A stretch of 64,000 nucleotides of DNA from Sneathiellales bacterium (GTDB taxonomy: Bacteria; Pseudomonadota; Alphaproteobacteria; JANQFL01): contig JANQFL010000094.1 of NCBI GenBank assembly GCA_028277845.1, positions 26,791 to 90,790 on the forward strand, in the 5' to 3' direction. Made by a program: the position numbers and the translations under genes. Under the pieces are notes generated by a model. The model saw only the letters and a program-made list of their open reading frames with translations, searched no databases and was not told where the DNA came from. Shown in pieces: positions 62,801-64,000 of the stretch (the stretch's first letter is position 1; every line of letters begins with the position of its first letter).

Positions 62801-63826
62801 TCGACCACCGGCGCCGGCAGTGTGGCCGGTCTCGGCGCCTTCGCCGACGAGGACCTGATCGAATGGGACGGCACAAGCTTCTCCATGCTGTTCGACGGCA
62901 GCGAAAGTAGCCTGGGCAGCGCCGTGGATATCGACGGCGTGCATATTCTGGACAACGGCAACCTCGTTCTCTCCACCGTGTCCGATCACGCCCTGCCGGA
63001 CGGCGCCGGCGGTACGCTGGCCGCGCTGGATGGCGACCTGATCGAGTACAATCCGGGATCGGCCGCCGTCGACGGACTGGCGCCGCAAGCGGCGCGCATC
63101 GTCTTCGCCGAGGACACCTTCGTCAGCAGCGATGATATCGATGGTGCCTCGATGCTGTCCGACGACACCATGGTCATAACGGTCAAGGGCTCGGAAGGCC
63201 TGCCCGGCTTGGGTTCGTTCTACGACGAAGACCTGGTTTCCTGGGACGGCGTCACGGGCGATCTGTACTTCGACGGCAGCACCCACGGATTGTCGTCGTC
63301 GAGCGAAGACACCGACGCTGTGCACGTGCTCGATAACAGCGGCGAGGCCGTGGGCGACGACTTCTCCGGCCTCATCAATCTGATCGGTTCGGACCATGGC
63401 GACATTCTGGTCGGCAACGGCGCCGGCAATACCCTGACGGGCGGCGGCGGCGGCGACATCCTGATCGGCGGTCTCGGCGCGGACATTTTGGCCGGCGGCG
63501 CCGGCGGCGACACGCTGATCGGCGGGCTGAACGGCGATACCTACGCCTTTGCCGCCAGCGACGGCGTGGACACCGTCATCGGCTTCGACCGGGCCGAGGG
63601 CGACGTGCTCGACTTCCGCGACCTGTTCGACGGCGGCCCCGCCCCGGACGCCGCGACCGTCGGTCAATTCCTCGACGTCGCGGTGGGGGACGACAGCGCG
63701 ACCCTGCGTGTCGACATGGACGGCGGCGGCAACGGCTTTACCGATCTGGCCACTTTCGCCGGCGTGCCGTTCGGCAACGCGGATCTCGCGTCCATGCTGC
63801 AGGACGGGACGATCCTGGTGATCTGA
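50816..63826 (+). CDS. Giant RTX/T1SS-type protein (4336 aa): kexin-like S8 serine protease + P-domain + 28 cadherin-like Ig repeats + two propeller-like/RTX/T1SS C-terminal modules
   Basis: AGGAG RBS; triad IVDSG / DHAT / GTSFSSP, oxyanion AAGND; P-domain HTWVGDL.ITLTSPDGT; GGxGxD nonapeptides; repeated N.APVA.DD...TYTP..D.FTY.VSDG; C-terminal D.LD...L...RVDMDG.G. Confidence 0.93.
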   Translation: MTSRLFAFAASAFSGEYDWWQWRAGAGEFHSPFGWRPGGVSATVGTFEVAGSMAALPTDPRFSDQWHLQNTGQNGGTAGVDINVVPVWDDYTGQGVTIGIVDSGVQYTHPDLAPNYNTSIDYDAWGRDDDPAPNSSEDHATATTGTAAAAANNGTGVVGVAHGAEVAGFRMDFDSGTQGQIADNMARQVDVDISNNSWGYGGYFFDDFDSSTFAASAAGIENAVSAGRGGLGTVFVFAAGNDGDSGQDVNYHSFQNSPYTIAVGAVDNTGARADFSTPGAALLVSAPGVDIVTTDKTGSGGYVSGDYVTIDGTSFSSPIVAGTVALMLEANPNLGYRDVQEILGYSARSDKLTGSSWQINGAENWNGGGLHVSHDFGFGLVDAHAAVRLAETWTLQHTYSNLASHSTVAQVNQAINDFQPVYSTITVADTGALQIDHVRVDLDIDHTWVGDLHITLTSPDGTESVLINRPGKTSYNRYGTSRDDIKFEVTSTQYWGENGVGDWTLRVNDAVSGDQGTFNDWTLTLEGDPVTDDDLYVITDEFVAAGNSGFTIDDSAGTDTVNAAAVTTDTVLNLTPGLMSSIANGSFYLDPATLIENAYTGDGNDQLIGNTADNVLDGGRGDDNLFGGLGNDELIGGAGDDVMEGGEGEDVAVFSGNLADYDIVVDNAIITVTDLNAGDRDDGTNTLTGIEGAQFADQYVSFNFEPPDNVPPVAVDDALAATEDTALTFGATDLLANDSDANGDGLSLTYFTQPAHGALADNGDGTLTYTPDADYFGSDNFTYTVSDGYVTDTGTVAITVAPVNDQPVAADDSTYTHENTPLVIDTSSLLGNDTDVDGDTLSITALSQPGNGSVVDNGDGTLTYTPNAEYFGDDSFTYTVSDGQGASDTATVDVRVIFVNNPPVAVDDTATTDEDQTITIPIATLLGNDSDADGHALEIYSLSNPNNGSVYKNTSAGTVVYRPNPDFNGTDTFTYKAFDGYNTSNTATVTITVNPVNDAPTANADSIVTDEDTPVAFSSVALLANDTDAEGDNLIIVGVSDGSDGTVSDNGDGTYTYTPNADFAGLDTLTYSVEDGRGGVSNGTITVTVNSINDKPVAVDDNLVTDEDTAFVIAAADLLANDSDPDGDTLTLTSISTATNGHLHDFGDGTYNYRPSQDFYGTDQLTYTVSDSQGNSDTATVTITVNSVNDRPYTQDDAFVTHQNDPVTFTNAQLLANDIDREGDTLEVTYVHLVAHGELVDNGDGTYTYTPAYGFSGEDWAWYGIVDSNGGTNFDSGRVSFDVQLDQNNIEPVAGDDFFVTNKDAALVISAADLLSNDTDADVNDALTVWSHMQPNNGSVVDNEDGTFTYTPNAGFVGTDQFEYWLFDGNHVLNGKSIGRVFVTINPDNITPVAGDDTVTTDEDTPIIIATADLLANDGDGDGDALSITTISQGQNGSLTDNGDGTFTYTPNAHFHGSDNLTYNVTDGKGGNDTATVDITVNSVNDIPVAVDDTYGSEEDTPRTLYAAQFTHNDVDDDGDPLTITFLSQGEHGTIIDNGDGTYTYTPDADYYGPETFTYIVSDGNGGSDTGTMTYTVYAVNDYPVAVDDTFSTYKNTSLGFTANDLLANDYDIEGDPLSIEHIWTPPNGSIVDHGDGTYTYTPNNGFVGNDTFRVRVSEINDDHLTNDSFITVVVTPEPPAVSAADDTVRTEEDSSVIIAAADLLTNDVDLEGDDLSITDLTSTSNGTLIDNGNGTYTYTPIADFNGSDSFTYTASDGNGNSDTATVRITIDPVNDVPVAADDAVTTDEDTPLIMAAATLTGNDSDADGDALTITAVSDGANGSVALNGDGSVTYTPDANFNGSDSFSYTVSDGNGGADTATVSVTINPVNDAPIVPDVYLTVDEDQFNYVSAADLLANVTDIEGDVDPGDWQPITWSEPAHGTIWTSTTSGSGSGSGYGGQFDYGGVGGIGSWDGIGSGLGFGGSIGGSTDVFIPSEIVSLGFGPREQDQADAGQGELRAMDASPLYINYSPDPDYNGTDQYTFTVTDANGASGSGTVYITINPVNDAPVAADDTVTTQQGAAVIATPLANDGDVDGDALNISGFTQAANGTVADNGDGTLTYTPYADFFGLDSFTYTISDGQGGSDTATVGVTVDELPPNTVSYADEGAGLTATLTSDAFVMSTNGVGNTPLTGEFREDDLVVWDGSTHNRFLNADDIGLDANIDALFVRSNGNIVFSTSSSGNLNGIGNFGDEDLIEWDGTAFSMWFDAGANGIDTGEDIDAVHVLENGNLILSTTGGASVDQNGGGTLGLEDGDLFEFNPGTTTVDGLAAKTARLVFSEDDFLGNEDIDATSQLADGTTVLSTMGSATLPVSQSFADEDLVQWDGTAAGKLFDGGGNDLETYTEDIDAVHMLVNTGAAAGADYAGINNLIGTAFDDTLVGHDAENRLEGGGGDDILIGGGGNDILVGGAGADILIGGLGADTFVFTAADLGTGLDKIYRYDQTGVPVEQSDNLDLSGLFLGGPVPDRDTIDQFLRFQDDGDWVIMQVDTDGSGGSAGFQDLAHFTVRPFAISDLPGLMDNGKIIVGTPNENPVAGNDTAATDEDTPLIIAAADLLANDSDGDGDSLSVTAISNGAHGNLSDNGNGTFTYTPDANYNGADSFTYTVSDGRGGSDTGTVDISVVSVNDAPSAENDIHYTDENVPIIISIADLLSNDSDIDGGTLSVVSFTQGVIGSVVDNGDGTITYTPEPNRWGADRFTYTVSDNQGGSDTAEVIVDITMVNYRPTAVDDSVSTDEDTGIVITYASLLANDYDVDGDSLGFRWYDQPQNGHIVDDHYGTLTYTPDANFFGTDTFVYYANDGRVFSNPAIVTVTVNPIDDAPVATDDSVSTLEDRPLIIGANVLANDIDVDGDGLTITGVSQGNHGTVSNNGDGTYTYTPDADYAGPDTVTYTVSDGQGGSDIATVDITLDSVNDEPVAADDNFSTDEDLPLLVTVVDLLANDSDTEGDGLSIAAVTQGVNGSVIDNGDGTFTYTPNADFHGSDSFSYTVSDGNGGSDTATVAITVNPVNDAPVAADDALWLDEDTTLTITTADLIGNDGDAEGDSLTVTSVSQGTHGSVTNNGDGTFTYSPGINYNGADSLTYTVSDSNGGEATASISITVDPVNDAPVAADNSFFSQEDVPTSLSLGLLLAGATDVDGDNLILAGYTQPVYGTLTENSHGHFVYLTNANFYGTDSFTYTVSDGNGGSDTATMTVNVLPVNDWPIPTDDDVVADEDTPLIIATADLLANDTDIEGDSLSFGSLIEGSYGTVVNNGDGTITYTPDSNFNGFDSFRYFVRDHSSTQIGTVNVTVNPVNDAPTAEIDSFLTPTNTSAIISAAQLVSNDTDIDGDSLSVTGYTQGSNGNITDNGDGTFTYTPDTDFVGFDTFDYTVSDGSDSSTATVTVTVGLGNFAPVANDDSFTTDEDSPFIFTKADLLANDVDLNGDFLNHAGFRSPLPRDFDLEWIEGHTWSFVPDADFAGVAHFYYQIYDSSGEWNEGQVTVTVNPVNDAPVAVDDIVKAQIDTPLVIDGTDLVANDSDIDGDDLTVAGFTQAANGSVTDNGNGTLTYTANTGFSGTDVFTYSTSDGNGGSDVATVNVLVSAIDAVDDNVTTNEDAPLVIAFADLLANDDGNGNDLTLTDFSQTSNGTLTDNGDETFTYTPDADYYGSDNFTYTVFDGSDISFATVAVTVDPVNDAPVAVDALLTAIEDSTRTIQPFRFLHNDTDPDGDSLTIVDVTQAQHGSVTLNADGTVTYISDADYSGPDTFTYTISDGELTSTANAFVDVQARNDRPVAADDSVTTNENAPVTFSAASLLANDTDVDGDALSIIGFSQATGGSVSNNGDGTLTYTPNSGFTGTDSFTYTVSDGNGGSDTATVHVTVGPAGGRIDDETFSYVDASTGVTANLGSEAFVFSTYRGGSVDGVGGFADEDLLLWDGSEYSKLLDGGSVGLSASDENIDALFVRANGNIVFSTTGAGSVAGLGAFADEDLIEWDGTSFSMLFDGSESSLGSAVDIDGVHILDNGNLVLSTVSDHALPDGAGGTLAALDGDLIEYNPGSAAVDGLAPQAARIVFAEDTFVSSDDIDGASMLSDDTMVITVKGSEGLPGLGSFYDEDLVSWDGVTGDLYFDGSTHGLSSSSEDTDAVHVLDNSGEAVGDDFSGLINLIGSDHGDILVGNGAGNTLTGGGGGDILIGGLGADILAGGAGGDTLIGGLNGDTYAFAASDGVDTVIGFDRAEGDVLDFRDLFDGGPAPDAATVGQFLDVAVGDDSATLRVDMDGGGNGFTDLATFAGVPFGNADLASMLQDGTILVI
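52940..57225 (+). repeat. Ig/cadherin-like tandem repeat array 1 (14 units of ~96 aa)
   Basis: Counted 14 units starting N..P.A.DD or a variant, spaced ~285-300 bp (unit 13 is longer). Confidence 0.85.
58532..62535 (+). repeat. Ig/cadherin-like tandem repeat array 2 (14 units of ~96 aa)
   Basis: Counted 14 units with the same consensus. Confidence 0.85.
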
Positions 63827-63851
63827 CGCGCCGCCCGGTTGGCTCCGGCGT

Positions 63852-64000
63852 TCAAATCTCCAGCGGTGCGTTGTCGACGACTTCCTTCATGACGAAAAAC
63901 GTGCGGGTCTGGCGCACGCCGGGCAGGGCGATCAACTCCTCGCCGTGCAGGCGCTTGAAATCGGCGATGTCGCGGGCGCGGATCTTGAGGAAATAGTCGA
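63852..64000 (-). CDS. Lrp/AsnC family regulator C-terminus (AcdR-like), partial
   Basis: Manual translation: DYFLKIRARDIADFKRLHGEELIALPGVRQTRTFFVMKEVVDNAPLEI*. Confidence 0.8.
   Translation of the reverse strand, partial: DYFLKIRARDIADFKRLHGEELIALPGVRQTRTFFVMKEVVDNAPLEI

Overview
High-GC alphaproteobacterial chromosome segment, probably Rhodospirillales-like (tRNA-His keeps G-1:C73). The left half (about 1.3-29 kb) is conserved core on the minus strand. It contains tRNA-Leu, tig, clpP, clpX, lon, HU, tRNA-Val, tRNA-Asp, the complete nuoA-N operon, birA, coaX, rnj, mce and DUF1467. A flavocytochrome c sulfide dehydrogenase pair (fccA/fccB-like) lies between the two tRNAs. The middle (29-50.6 kb) is a mosaic of accessory metabolic and regulatory genes. 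It includes a maspardin-like alpha/beta hydrolase, a ~274-bp MITE-like element, a TetR gene coupled to an adenylate cyclase gene, and a degenerate cold-shock-domain protein. The right end holds a 13-kb gene for a 4336-aa RTX/T1SS-type protein: a kexin-like S8 protease plus P-domain, then two blocks of [14 cadherin-like Ig repeats + propeller-like repeat module + RTX + T1SS C-terminal-like domain]. The Ig repeats have diversified aromatic-rich surfaces and a patchy GC content. The left edge also has a candidate sRNA locus (~1.1-1.3 kb) and an Ala-rich secreted protein that the ORF track missed. All family assignments come from recognising motifs by eye; no searches were run.
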